The notes below the pieces were generated by a model. It worked only from the letters and a program-made list of their open reading frames with translations, had not been told where the DNA came from and did no database searches. Shown here in pieces: positions 13,901 through 26,700 of a stretch of 64,000 nt of DNA; within the stretch, counting starts at the first letter, position 1; every line of letters begins with the position of its first letter. A program made the translations under genes and the position numbers. This DNA comes from Lama guanicoe (taxonomy: Eukaryota): the NCBI GenBank assembly GCA_013239625.1, contig MU053557.1, forward strand, positions 2,076,123 to 2,140,122. Direction: 5' to 3'.

Positions 13901-14014
13901 AGCCTGGACCTGGGTTCAAATCTCAGTTTGCTTTCTGTTAGTTGCTTGGGCAAATAACCATAAGTCTCTATTTTTTCAGTCTATAAAACAGTAGCATTAA
14001 GAGTAACTACCTCA

Positions 14015-14066
14015 TTTGATACAACATTATAAAATGATTATAAATCAATAAAAAATATTTTAAAAA
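14015..14066 (+). mobile_element. Extremely 5'-truncated L1 3' tail with a 16-nt TSD, inside a MIR
   Basis: aagagtaactacctca repeated at 13999-14014 and 14067-14082 around tttgatacaacattataaaatgattataaatcaataaaaa. Confidence 0.75.
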
Positions 14067-14649
14067 AAGAGTAACTACCTCAGAAGGCTGTTGTAAAGAA
14101 TCCATGAGCTAATGTGGGCAAAGCATTCGACCAATGCTGGGCATACCGTAAGTGCACAATGTGTGTGAGCCAGAATGACTGGCTGCAGTACTAAAAGCAT
14201 CATGGCAGCCATTCAACAAACATTTATTAATAGACAATATATGCAGAACCCAGAGGATATAAAATGGTCATATAAAATCTCTGCCTTCAAAGAGTTTAGA
14301 ATCTAATGGAGAAGTCACTGAATGAACAAGAAATGGCCACTGCAAAGCAAGATGAATACATATAAGATCTTGTGATCTGAACTCAAGGGCTGAAGGAATG
14401 TGGAGTGAGGAGTGATCAGAGCTGGAGTGAAAGCTGGTGAAACTGGAGTCTTCTAGTCCCACCAGGGCCTCAGTAGGAAATCCGCTCCCTGCCCTCAGTG
14501 CAACCACAGTTATCAAGGTGCCGAAGGTGAGGTCTACGTAGTTCAGCCTATGCGGTTGACGGAGACAGTGTAGGTGGGTAGGAAGAGGGTGAGGAGAGGC
14601 CAGATTTCGTATATGATTGGGAGCTTATAATCCTTTAAAATAGGACTCT

Positions 14650-14790
14650 AGGGGGATAGGGTATAGCTCAAGTGGTAGAGTATATGCTTGGCATGCATGA
14701 GGTCCTGGGTTCAATCCCCAGTACATCATCTAAGAATAAATAAAGAAGTAAAACCCAGTTACCTCCCCCCACCAAAAAACAAAAACAAAA
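14650..14790 (+). mobile_element. tRNA-derived SINE (camelid Vic-1-like) with a 14-nt TSD
   Basis: A box tagctcaagtggtag, B box ggttcaatccc, A-rich tail; TSD taaaataggactct at 14636-14649 and 14791-14804. Confidence 0.9.
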
Positions 14791-14862
14791 TAAAATAGGA
14801 CTCTTGACTTAACATTTTCTTTCTCTATTTCTTCTCTTTCAAAAACAAATTTCCACAACCAG

Positions 14863-15095
14863 AAAGGCATCTAGCTTTCCAGATTCCCGCAGCCCTGGTC
14901 TCTACACCACGTGGACGTTATCCACCTCCTCTGTGTCCTCCCAAGGCAGCATTTCCGAAGCTAATCCCCGGCAGAACCGTCCCTTCAAGTCCGTCTTCGT
15001 GCCCACCGCTGTGGTCAACCCCATGCGGAGCACAGCCAGCCTGGGGCCCATGGGACAGGGCTCTCTTCGCAAAGGGCGGAGCAGCATGAGAAAGA
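14863..15095 (+). CDS. SH3RF2: SH3RF2 internal coding exon ([29 protein letters not shown]...GRSSMRK)
   Basis: Acceptor ...caaccag|, donor A|gtaagt; 233 nt (1+77x3+1); overlaps ORF 14933..15148. Confidence 0.95.
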
Positions 15096-17940
15096 GTAAG
15101 TGGTGGCCTAGAGGAACGTGCCTAGAGCTAAGTGATGGGGACATCTGACCCCAGGTAAACAGAGTGCTTTTTGCAAACACAAGGATCTTGGCTTTAAAAC
15201 GAGCCTCCATGAAGGCTGCTTTACAATTCCCAAATACTGAGTTGTTTGATTGGATGAAACCGGACTGTCTCAAGCTCACTGCCCTCAGTCACTTCATACA
15301 TGCACGTTAATTGGCTGGGCTGACGGCAGCCCTGAGTACCAACACAGAATTAGGACATAGCTGAGGTGGATGCTGGGTCTTATGAAGACACAATGGCTAA
15401 AGCACCTGCTGGATCAGTGCTTCTCAAACTGTGTTCCAGAGAGCCCCTCAGAGGGGGTGCCAAAAGGGTAACAAGGGAAGGATGCAGGGGAGAAGGAAAA
15501 GGATGCTAAGAGCCCCTGAATCCCACTTTCCTTAATTACTACATGCACAAGGCAAAAAAAAAAATTATACTGTACAAAAGTCTCCTTCATATAGCCTTAA
15601 CCCCCAATCCCAAGTTCTTGTCCACATACATACATACCTTGTAATCACAGCACACTGTTCTGCTCCTTGCTTTTATTTTTATGTAACATCTGCTCTGCAT
15701 ACATGGCAATTATATAGATCCTTCATCTTAAAATTGAACTTCTGCATAAGACTTCATTTTTAGGGGTTCTAAAAAGCATTTGAAACCCATTGTTCTACAA
15801 AACTTCAAGCTTCTATATCCATACACCTCTCCAGAAGAAGACAGTGAGCCAAGAGAAGTCAACTTGATGTATTCTACATCCCCTGACTTAAACTGGGCTC
15901 TGCAATCTCTCCTGCTATCTCAGAAAAATGATTGTAGGTAAAAATGCAGCATGACTAGTCAGAGCAAAAGATTCACATGTGGGACAATACGCCACACAGG
16001 AAAATGCCCCAAGAAAATTTCAACAAGTATAGTAGCTCCACCCTTTCTCAGTGCTTTCATCTGATCTCCGGCTTGACCACCAATCCCACTACTCTTGCTT
16101 CTTAATTCTTCCCAAACATGCCTCCCTCCTCCACCCTCTGCACCAACCTCCACCTTCTCCCCCCAGCACACACACACACCAGGTAGTCCCCCCACAACAG
16201 CCTCGAGCAAGTGACTGACCTCTTGGGTCTGCAGTTTTCTCATTTATAAAATGGAAATAAAAATAGAACCTACATCATCAGGGTAATGAAATAATCCACT
16301 TAAGCCTAATAGCACAGTGCCTGGCACATAATAAGCCCAGGGGAAATGTCAGCTATATTTTTACAGTGTTAGTATTTTCTCAGGACTATCACTGCTACTA
16401 CAACTAAGCAGATCATCTAGAACGTGAACTTAGGGCTGACATGATCACACTTGGTCTTGACCACCCATGAATGCCAAGACGGGCATCCCCTTGACAATGC
16501 TCAAGCTTCCTCTTGGACACTCCCTCCCGACCTCTTCGTAGATCTTGATTGGCCTGGAGTTTTGCCCGTTTGCATTGTATGCCCACGTAATAAGAAAACA
16601 TTGAATCTCTTGGAAGTTAGGAACGAAGATAAATAGATAAGGTAATAAACTGATTTTTCGTGCATTTCTCGGGGCTTAAGGACATGTCTGCGCAATGTGG
16701 GTTTGACTGTCTCAGGTCCCAGAGGCTTTCTCTCTCTCTCTCTCTCTTTTTCTCAAGGTGAGGCTGGTCAAGCTATCAATCTCCCCAAAGCGAAGAAAAT
16801 GACAGAGAACTGACTGTATGCACCTCACAGGGCTGTCAGTGGAAAAATAAATGTCGACACTGAAAGGGCAGACTTGTGCAAGGGGTGGCTGGCTTGCTGG
16901 CAGCAGCTGAGAACGCCGATAGTGTTCAGTGAGCATTCTGCTTTTTGTGTTTGCACCCAGCTTGATGAAGACTCATGACACAGGGCCTGCTGTGCTGGAC
17001 ACAAATGGCTTTGATTCACACACGTGTCCAGAGAGTGTCACGAAGGACTAACATCTCTGCTGGACGTCACCTATGGCTCTAAATGTTGGGAGACCCTTAA
17101 CAGAGAAATGGCCCCCCAGTGCTTCTCAGTGTCTCCCCACTGCTCTCCAGAGTGCAGTGAATTCTCAATTATTCTCCAGGTCACCCACAGGACACATGCT
17201 CGAGAGATGGGCATCTCCTGTCTTCCAGAGAATCTGAGGAAGGCATGGCTTCCTTTTACTGAGGGAGGACCATCAAGAGTGAGCTCAGGGAAGGGGCAAA
17301 ACCAAACCCCTAGACCTTGCATTTTCAGGGTTTGCTCTCCTTTACCCCACAAAAGTGATAGGTAACAAACATGAGACATTTATTATGTTCCAGGCACTAT
17401 CCTAACACTTTGCACACATGGTACAACATAATCCTCACCCCAGCCCATGAGGTGCTGTTACCAGCTCCAGTTTACAAGGAGGGGACCGAGGAGCAGGGGG
17501 GTGATGTGACTTGCCCCAGGCTCCCTAGGAGATCTGATTCCAGAGCCTGTGTCGTGGGATTTGGCAAAGCATACCCCTAACTCGTGAGAAAGCTTTCCAA
17601 ATTTGCTTCCGGCTGCTGTCACATTTGCCCGGCACACACACACTAATTGCCACCCACTCTTCCTCCCTGAGGACCTGACAAAAAGCAGAGGTCCCACTAC
17701 CGGAGCTTCCGTCAGAATTTGCGTCATGAAACTGATCAGAGTCCTCTCCCCTCTCTTCTGCTTTCTCTCCCTCCCACTCCTGCCTCTGAGCTGACTCTCT
17801 CTTCAGTTTCTCGATTCCTACTGTCTCTTCCTTTGTCTCTGTCTTTGGTTTCCTCTTTGGTCTGCATGGCTTTGTGTTTGCTTCTCACTGTGAAGCTATC
17901 TCTTCAAGACTGTCTTCTTCATTTTCTATCTTAAAGGCCT

Positions 17941-18022
17941 GGAGAGAGAGTAGGAGAGAGAGAGAGAAAGCGTGTGTGTGTGTGTGTGCATGTGAGAAAG
18001 AGAGAGAAAGAGAGAGAGACAG
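17941..18022. repeat. Compound (GA)n-(TG)n-(GA)n microsatellite
   Basis: Directly visible in the sequence. Confidence 0.9.
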
Positions 18023-18219
18023 AAGGCAAATGGAGGTAACAGACCTCTGACACCCTGTGCCCCAATATTCACCCAGCCAGTTATTTGCTGCCAGCCTCAG
18101 CAATCAGCACTAAAAAAAGAACAAGGTCACCTTTGAAAGACCCTGGGAGAATGTCAGTGCAGTCGAACTGGGAAAGCACTGAACTATTCTGGGATATCAG
18201 GGCCCGGCGCTCACCCAGC

Positions 18220-18272
18220 CCCCGCCCAGGCTGCTGTCAGCCGCCCCTCTGCTGACGTCACTGTCCTATAAT
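18220..18272 (+). promoter_or_regulatory. Candidate internal promoter: two GC boxes, a perfect CRE (TGACGTCA) and a TATA-like element
   Basis: CCCCGCCC 18220-18227, CCGCCCC 18241-18247, TGACGTCA 18253-18260, TATAAT 18267-18272. Confidence 0.4.
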
Positions 18273-18279
18273 TCCGCAG

Positions 18280-18638
18280 GTGGATCCCTGCAGAGACCCA
18301 TCCAGTCCGGGATCCCCACCCTTGTGGTGGGCTCCCTCCGACGCAGCCCCACCATGGTGGTCCGGCCTCAGCAGTTCCAAGCCTACCAGCCGCAGGGGGT
18401 GCCCTCCGCGGCCTCGGCAGTGGTGGCGGACGTGGGACCCAAGTCCGCTCCCAGCGGGGAGCCCGCCCTCCCGGGTGTCAGCAGGGGCAGCGACACCAGG
18501 ATCCACTCGGCAGCCAGCTCCCTCATCATGGAGGGCAAAGACACCCCCGTCAAGAGTGAGCCTCTACCAAAACCGCCGGCATCTGCCCCTCCCTCCATCC
18601 TGGTGAAACCAGAAAACTCCAGAAATGGCAGTGAAAAG
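18280..18638 (+). CDS. SH3RF2: SH3RF2 penultimate coding exon ([34 protein letters not shown]...[11 protein letters not shown])
   Basis: Acceptor ttccgcag|, donor AAG|gtagga; 359 nt (2+119x3); matches ORF 18324..18662. Confidence 0.95.
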
Positions 18639-20731
18639 GTAGGAGTAGCTTTCGACCCCTAACTTTGCGTCCTCACGCACAACCCCCTCTACATCCCCCG
18701 CACCGTTCACACCCTCTCTAGACGTGTTACTGAATTTCCTTGGTGCTTCCAGAGTATCTTACACATCCTCCTCTCAAGGCCCAGAGGTGGCTTGGGAAAA
18801 ATACGGCTTTGGCATCAGACACCATCTCGATTTGAACTCCAGCTCTGCTGCTGGCTAGCTGGGGGCTGGTCAAAATGCTTCACCACCAGAGACTCTTCTT
18901 TTGCCTGATCTGTCAAGTGGTGGTAAAAAGAGAAGCAGCCTCATAGGATTGGAGTAGAAAGTAACTGAGGTCAGAGTAGCCAAGTGCATACATCGGGCTT
19001 GATGCAGAATTTGTTCACAGTATAGAAGAGGCAACTGAAACACAGGAGAATTTAAGTGACTTATCAAGGTCACGTGCAGTTGTAACTACCCACGAACTGT
19101 TACTGTGATGTCTGTGATTTCAGGGCTTTTCACCAGAAGATGTAAGAGTTTTTGAAAAAGTATTATGTTCTCAATAATATCCTTGAGGCAGGAGGGATGG
19201 TGGGATGGAGGAGGTGACATTAAGAAATTAGGTGATGATTATCTTTTAGTTTTTTGCACAGCACACCACTGTCACCACCATCACACCACCACCACCCGTT
19301 CCCCTCCAAAGGGGAAGGAAGATGGTGTGGCTTTCTCCTCTTTGTTAAGCACTCACTGAACGCTAGGACCTAGCAGGCACGGCACTGCGTACTTCACTCG
19401 TCCTATCTCGCCTAATTCTGACAACCTTCAGAAGTAGCTATGATCATTATCATCACCCTCATTTTAAAATGAGGAAATGAAGACTTATGGTGTTCAAGTC
19501 TATTACCCAAAGGCACAGCTGACACCCATGAGTGCCTGGAGTAGAATGCAGATCTGATACAAAAACTCACGCTCTTAAGACTAACCTACAAGCATGGAGG
19601 GAAAGGCATTGGGGAAGAGTGTTAACTGGTTGAAAAGCTGAGAATTCTTTTTCTGAACTGCAGTATTCAGTTCATTCAGAGTTCTCCAGGCCCCATTTGT
19701 CCATGACCCCAAGGTATTAGCTACAGGCCTCAAACTGTGTTTAGTAGAGGCCCAGACCTCTGCTAGATATGGTGAGGGTCAAAAGTACGAAAACATTTGG
19801 ATTCTCAGTGTGGGGACACTAGGATTCAATTTCATAGAAAAAAGAAATAATGTCTAAGCAATAGCATGGAACACCTTGATAAGCCCTGAGACAGGGACTG
19901 GCCAAAGCAGATACCTATTGGTGGCAGGCAGGTGTATAACAGGCTAGGAAAGAAGAGTGAGGAAGGGCTTGTGCAAACCCTAGAAAAGGGGAACTGCCCA
20001 CCGGCTCCGGCCAGCTGTAGCCAGAATGGGGCACAGGCCCCCGTGTGCCTGAGCTTTAGTTACCTTAAGGGACACATGAAATCCTGATTTTTTACATGCA
20101 ATCTCCCAATTTTTATATGTTGGCAGCTAAATCAAACTCCCAAACATTCTGCAGACTAAACTCAGTCCACGAGGGTCCAGCTTGCTAACTCTGTTCTGAT
20201 GGAAGTCTCTCGATGGGAGTCAGCCAGGAGGCCTCAAAGAAGAGGTGGGCCTTGAGATCGGCCTTAGTTGCAGGCACAGAGGAGACAGGGGAGGTGAACT
20301 TCTTATAGATTCTCAAAGGGACCATACTCTCTTGCCCCGGGAACTCTGTTTCTCCTAGATAATTCCCAATCATTCTTCAGTCCCTCGCTGAGACAGCTCT
20401 GCCTCTAGGTGGCCTTCGCAGCCAAGCCCTACTCCAGCTCCAGTCGGACACCCCTCTGCCATCCCTCCACATCTCACATCTGCCCCACCACAGCACTTGT
20501 CATCCCTGTCATTGGCCAGGGCGGTTTTGTTCACGCTTGGATTCACAGCACCTGCCAGAGCATGTGAGGCTTGGTAGACACTCAGCAGAACAGGTATTTG
20601 CTGAGTGAACATGTGAACGAGGCATTCCAAGAAGGGCCAAATGCAGAGAAACAGCATGAACTGAGTCCCAGGGGGAAATAGCGCACGGCTCCCACCTCAC
20701 CTGTGTCCCTTTGCTCTCCTCTCTCTCACAG

Positions 20732-21007
20732 CAAGTCAAAACCGTGAGATTTCAGAATTACAGCCCTCCCCCCGCCAAACATCATACCTCCCATCCCAGC
20801 ACTGGAAAGCCTGAACAGCCAGCCACCCCGAAGGGGTCCCAGCCTGAAGCAGCCCCCTTGGGCCCAGAGATGACCACTCTCTTCGCCCACCGAAGCGGCT
20901 GCCATTCTGGACAGCAGACGGACCTGCGGAGGAAGTCAACTTTTAGCAAAACCATGACCTCAGCATCCACGGCCTCAGCCACGCAGACCATGTTTCCCAG
21001 CAAATGA
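20732..21007 (+). CDS. SH3RF2: SH3RF2 last coding exon ([14 protein letters not shown]...TQTMFPSK*), containing the RVxF-type PP1-binding motif KTVRF
   Basis: Strong polypyrimidine acceptor ctctctcacag|; 276 nt ending in TGA at 21005-21007; matches ORF 20711..21007. Confidence 0.95.
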   Translation, partial: QVKTVRFQNYSPPPAKHHTSHPSTGKPEQPATPKGSQPEAAPLGPEMTTLFAHRSGCHSGQQTDLRRKSTFSKTMTSASTASATQTMFPSK

Positions 21008-23509
21008 ATCTACAGGTGGCTTTTCCTAGACCCCCAGAGAGGTGAATTGCATTTAAATACAGTCTGCCTCCACTGAGGGCGTCCTGCCATTCTTTGGGGA
21101 CTTAAGCCTGGGTCCTTTTTCTGCCCATTTTACCTCCAGCAAAGGACAGGTTGGGTGGGGATTCCTGCCTGGCTGGGAGGATATACTGGGTGGTCTTCCA
21201 AATATGATTCAATGCAGCAAGGCCACTACTCAGACCAAGAAGTGGGAGCTCGTCCTCCCTACTCTGTTCCCCAGTGTGGAGTGTGCAGCCTCTCGTCCCC
21301 TCTGCTCTGTGTAGAATTTCTAAGATGTTCTAAAAGGGGCTTCAGTCAGGGGGGTCACGAAGCTGGGAATGTTGGCATGGATTCTTTGACCTCAACATTT
21401 TAGAATAGCTTCTGTCATTTTCTAGGGCCTGGAGGCTGGCCACTAGTAGCTGCTATATCTTTTTCCCTCCATAGAATCATAATCCAGGCTGCCCGGGGAG
21501 AACTTTTGGGAAGGGTGTGAGATGGATAATTTGAACATTCCGAGAACCCTCTAAAACCAAGGAGAGTCAGTTTCCCGGCTTTGCTCCAAACAAGGTCAGA
21601 GAGAGAGCTGACGACGGTCATACTTTAAGCTTCTCAGTCTGTCTTTCCACATAGAATCCTGTGCAATAGATCAGCAGGAAGCATGTACCTGTGGACAGGG
21701 TCCTGTCTGCTATGACGGACAATTCATGCATCCTGGCTCCAGTCTGACCTCCCCAAGAAAGCACAGCATGCTTAAAAACAACTTTGTAAGGGGTTTGAAC
21801 TTAGATGTGTTTTCTGTTTGTGCTGCAACTTTCTTTACACTCACTGACTTCTGTTTGGGGCAGACTAGCTGTTTCACCAGGTTGCAGGATAAGGCAGCAG
21901 TGCCACTGAGAAGCTGCCAATCCACAGCCGGGGTGGGGGCGCTTTCTAGAGGGAAGCGTTTATGAAAATGGACTGGACAAATAAGGCTGGAGAGGAAAAG
22001 GGGGAAAGCAAGACGAGAAAGAGGGACAGTGAAGAAAACATGCAGGAGAGAGTGTGGGGAGGTGATGAGAGTGAGAGAGAAAGAGGATTGGGAAAAGGGT
22101 CAGGGGAGAAGATAAGAGTCTTCTCTTGACATTCCTGATGGTCAAGGTGGGGAAAGAAGAATGGAATCTGCAACACGAGGTGACTCCACTAAGATGGGGC
22201 TGAAGCAAGCGGGACGAGCCAGGCAGAGCCTTGTAAACAGCGGTGAGAGGGCGTCCCAGGCATCCAAGGCAGTGCTGCAGGACAAACCGCTCATCCTCAT
22301 TAAACTTAATTGTTGGGGTTTGACATTTATTGCATGTCCATCAATGTGGACACTTTAGTGCATAAATGCCATTTGCTATTAAGCCTGGATGTCATTAAAA
22401 AAAAAATAGGCAGGTCTAATTAGACCTTCTCCCTGGACAGTTCTTGAAGATACTGGGATTAAACACATTTATCTTTTACATACCAAACACACACTTGGCA
22501 AACTGAATTGCCAAGACTTTTCCAGACCCTTATTAAAGCAAAAACAAAACCATAATCCTGCCAAGGAATACTGCACGCATGTCAGAACTTTGAGGTTGGT
22601 ACAGCCAACACGACAACACATTCTAGGTGTTTCTAGGAGATACTGACCCATGCCTACTCCACAAAACCATCGAGCCCAACTCCATCACTCATTGAGATGA
22701 ATATAATAATTCAGATGGGAAAATATGGAAAAGTCGCAAGGACAGGCAGGCATTATATGATTTGTCAAAATACAAGGACCTATGCCTCATTTTTACCCCA
22801 AAAAAGTACTCTCGCTGAGTTCAGCAACGAGTTTAGCAACCTACTCGACACCCAGAGCAGCAGATCTAAGACACGCCCAGCCAACCAAATATTTAATCTG
22901 TGCCTCACTAGCAATGAATCTAGTTAATTTTTAACCGCTGTGGCTGAAAAGCAGGCCGTTTGGGTGTAATGGAGACACAATGCACACCTTCCAAATGGAA
23001 CAGAATATTCCTCCCATTGTCCATGTCCTCTGTAGAGTAACCTCTCTGAGAAATGTAAGCAGCTCCAAAGGCTTGCCACTCCATCCCATCCAGCCTCCTT
23101 CCGCCAAGCCCAGCATCAAACGCCCTTCCTCCCAAACCAAATCCCGTCCCTGTGGAGTTGTATGAGGATTTGAAAGGGGCAGTAAAATTGAACTCACTGG
23201 GCCTGCCCATCATTTATTCCAGCACCATGCTACAGACATTTCTGATCTGGGCACTGCAGTAAGGACAAGAGATTCATCCTTTCCTATAACCTCCACCATA
23301 ACCTTATAAGGCAAGTAGAACTGTCGCCATTATGGAGCCAAGGAAACTGAGGCATGACAGTTAACTACAGATGGTGGCAGCGCAAGTCTGAGAGCTGCCC
23401 GCACCCCAAGTTCAAGCTCCTAACTTCAGAGCCCAACTCGGGACCATGCTACGTGCACCAAGAGACCATCCCTGACTTCAGGCCACTGACTTCAGACTGC
23501 AGGGTGGGT

Positions 23510-23750
23510 GGTACAGTCCACTGGTTACAAATGCAGGCTCTGCTGCACACAGGCTGGGTCCAAATCCTGACTACTTGCCAGCTATGTGATGTTGGGCAAG
23601 TTACTTAACCTCTCTGAGCCATGTCTTCTTAAACAGGAGTGATAATAGTGCCAACCTCTTTGGGCTGTTGTGAGGGTTAACTAAGAGAATATTATTAAAG
23701 GCACTGAAGCTGTGCTGGCACAGAGCGAATGCCTGAAAAACATCAGCTTT
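23510..23750 (+). mobile_element. MIR SINE
   Basis: ttgggcaagttacttaacctctctgagcc...ttgtgagggttaa. Confidence 0.78.
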
Positions 23751-26700
23751 GAATGTTTTTAAGGAAGCAGGCCACTGACATTCCAGGTGAGAAAGTCTAG
23801 AACAAGGGCATGCCCCGGGCTGTGGTGCTAAAGGGGACCAAGTGGCCGAGTCGTGGAGGTCAGAACACAGTCTAGACGGAGTCCTAGAGGACAAGAAAGA
23901 GTCAGACAGACAAAGGGGAGGGAGAAAGGATGGGCAAGCCGGAGGAGAAGCATTTGGCAGTCTGGTTTAAATGTAACAATCAGGCCACGTTGTCTTGTAC
24001 TCAGAGGAACCCACTCCTTTATGGAACATTCTAGGGCATCCCAGGGAGAACCCTAGCACCTCATGTCTGAAGCCAAATATCACGTCCTGTGCGAGCTCCA
24101 TCCCCTCAGCTAAGACTCAGAGTCATTAGGAAAGGTGCCCCTTTACCCCATGATCAGACCTGGCACCTCAGTGCTAAGAAAGCTGCTGAGGGTGGGCTCT
24201 GCTGGGGGAGGGGAAGGGGGACACCTAAGGTGAAGCAGGGGGACAGCCAGCTGAGAGCAGACTGTGATGGCCACACTTAAGGAAATGCCACCCCCTTCCA
24301 TCCAGTCTCCGTGAGCAGCATCAAGGTCCTCACTTAAACTTGCCTCCTTCCCTTCTCGGGTGAGGCCGGCTATGTCTCCACTGCCCTTCACCCTCCCATC
24401 AACCAGGCTTTTGGAGCAGGAAGAGTAGAAAACAACACCCCGCCTGTGATGGGGTGAGATGCAGGACTGACTCAGTGACTTCCTGACTCACAGACTTCCA
24501 CCTTCCCTTGAAAATTCAGAAGGTCATCCACACGAGGCCTGCATTCCCAACTCCAGCCAGCCAGTGATGGCTGGGTCGGGGTCAAGACTTCCATGAAACA
24601 GACACGCACCCTTCAGTTTGTACAGCCCCATCAGCCTGCTTCACTCACTCATATGACCTGCCCCTGAGTGGGGCGTGTTCCTCTGGAGACTGTGTGCTCG
24701 ACGTCATATCTCAGAGGCATCAGAAAGCCCTTGAAAGTCAGCGCTGGATCCTTAGAGGCCAGTTGACCCATGCGCACAGGTCTCAGGAGCATAGCGGCCC
24801 CAGCCTGGCCCTACAGGGTGCCGTTCAGTAGTTCTGAGGTGGGGACTGGGCATCCGGGTTTTCAACGAGCTTCCCAAGTGATTCTGATGCACATAAAGTA
24901 CGAGAATCAAACTCAATTTTCTCATATTGTGTAGCAGAGCCGATGCTCAACTCTGACTTTCAGCAGGAATATAGCCACCCTGATTATTAATATATTGAAC
25001 GTGAAAGGTGAACAGTAGATGCTCTGAGCTCCCCTAGACCGCTCCCCACTCCCGCACTCTGGCCCTTCCTCCAGGTCCTCATCACTCTCCCTTCCAACAG
25101 CTAAAAAGCTAAGGCCAGGTGCAGCTGAGACCGCCAGCAAAGCCCTTCTTCATTCTGACTAGCTAGCGCCTACACCATACCGGTTATTAAATATCATGAC
25201 TGTTACCCTGTTGTGGAGAATAAGGCCCAGAGAGGACATTCAGAGGTTAAGAGCACTGCTATTAAGCCCAACACTTCCTGACCCCCATCCTGGCCATTGT
25301 TCAGCCCTTAACAATCACCCTCATCAGGCCCTTGGCTTAGAAAAGAAGCTGACTTGGAGGACGGGCAGTTCTGTGCCCATTTGCCTACCTTTTTCATCTA
25401 ACAGTTTCCTAGGCATAAGCAATGCCCTTTAGCTTCCTAGCTCCCCCAGCATCATTTTGGCAGGTATGGAAAAACGTAATTTGCTTTAATAAAATGAGTA
25501 GGCCTCCATCTTCGTCCTCTCACTTGCCTCTGTGCACGCAGGCCAGCCCCACAGCCTGACTCCTTTCTCGGAAAGTGAACAGCTGTGGCAGGTAGAATAA
25601 CGAAGTCCTCTCGAGTATCCCAAGCTGGGAGCAAGTGCTTAACAAGCTGGGCTTTACCAGGGCGGCAGCCGCTGCCACTGAAGCTTCTCTTGCTTACGTC
25701 TTGAGATTAAAGACCCCAGTTCCCCCTTGGGCTAAGTGTAGGGAGCGTGAGGTCTTGCAGAAAACTCTCAGGTTGCCCTGAAAGGCAGTCACTAAGGGAA
25801 TGTGTTGGTCAGGCAAGACCAAACCAGAGGATGAATCTCTAGAGATCCTCGCAGGAGGCTGGCGTCATGGAGAATAAATCTTGCAAGGGTGTTTTGCTTG
25901 AAATAGAGGAATGTTAAATGATCAAGCCATCTGCTGTTTGCCAGGGCATGGTATTGTGTCCTAGACCAGAGGACAAACAAAATGTTCCCAGGAGGCCCTT
26001 CTGCCTATTGACCTACCCTTTGACAAATGGATGCAGCAGAGGTGGGATCAAAGATGATGGGATGGAGGGCACGGAGGGGCATTACAGGCTCACCCATCCA
26101 TCCGTCCATCCATTCTTTCCACGACAGTTAATTCAGCACACACTCTGGACCAGGCTCTATGAGAGGATGCATAAAATACACACGGCCCTCACAGAATGTT
26201 GTTTCTTATTAGTGTTTTCTGGATTTGGGGCTCCTTTCTGCTCTTCTCCTCCTTCAGAGTTAAATGTTCTGTATAGATAATTATACAGGATCAAAAAACC
26301 AATACCTACCACCTAGCTTTTTTAAAAACTAATTCTCAGTACCACGGAGGCCTGCTGCATGCTTCTCCCAGTCTCATTCCTTTCTTCCCCACCTCCCCAC
26401 TTCCCTCGCAACCGCTCTGCTGAATTCCATGTTCATCACTCCCTTGTAAATTTCCCACTCATGTACCATATGGAACTTTCAGTGCAGCTCATCAAGGTAC
26501 TCCATAAACACTAGTCAAAGCAAATATTGCAACCTGAGGCCATTGATACCTTGCCTGAATATTTGAACTCCCATCTGGCTTCTGTCACTGGGATTCTAAA
26601 GCTTTGATTCACTGTTGAGAAATGAGATTTTGATGCAGCAGCACGTCTGGTTTGGAGGAGTTCGAGTTTAAAGGGCTTTTTGCAAGAATTCTTCCCAAAA

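Noticed and set aside
13841..13930. tRNA-like A-box and B-box motifs
   Set aside because: They continue into a MIR core and form no cloverleaf, so this is the head of an old SINE.
16680..16689. p53/p63 half-sites (also 7472-7481 and 23806-23815)
   Set aside because: Isolated RRRCWWGYYY half-sites are expected many times by chance in 64 kb, and none has a convincing adjacent second half-site.
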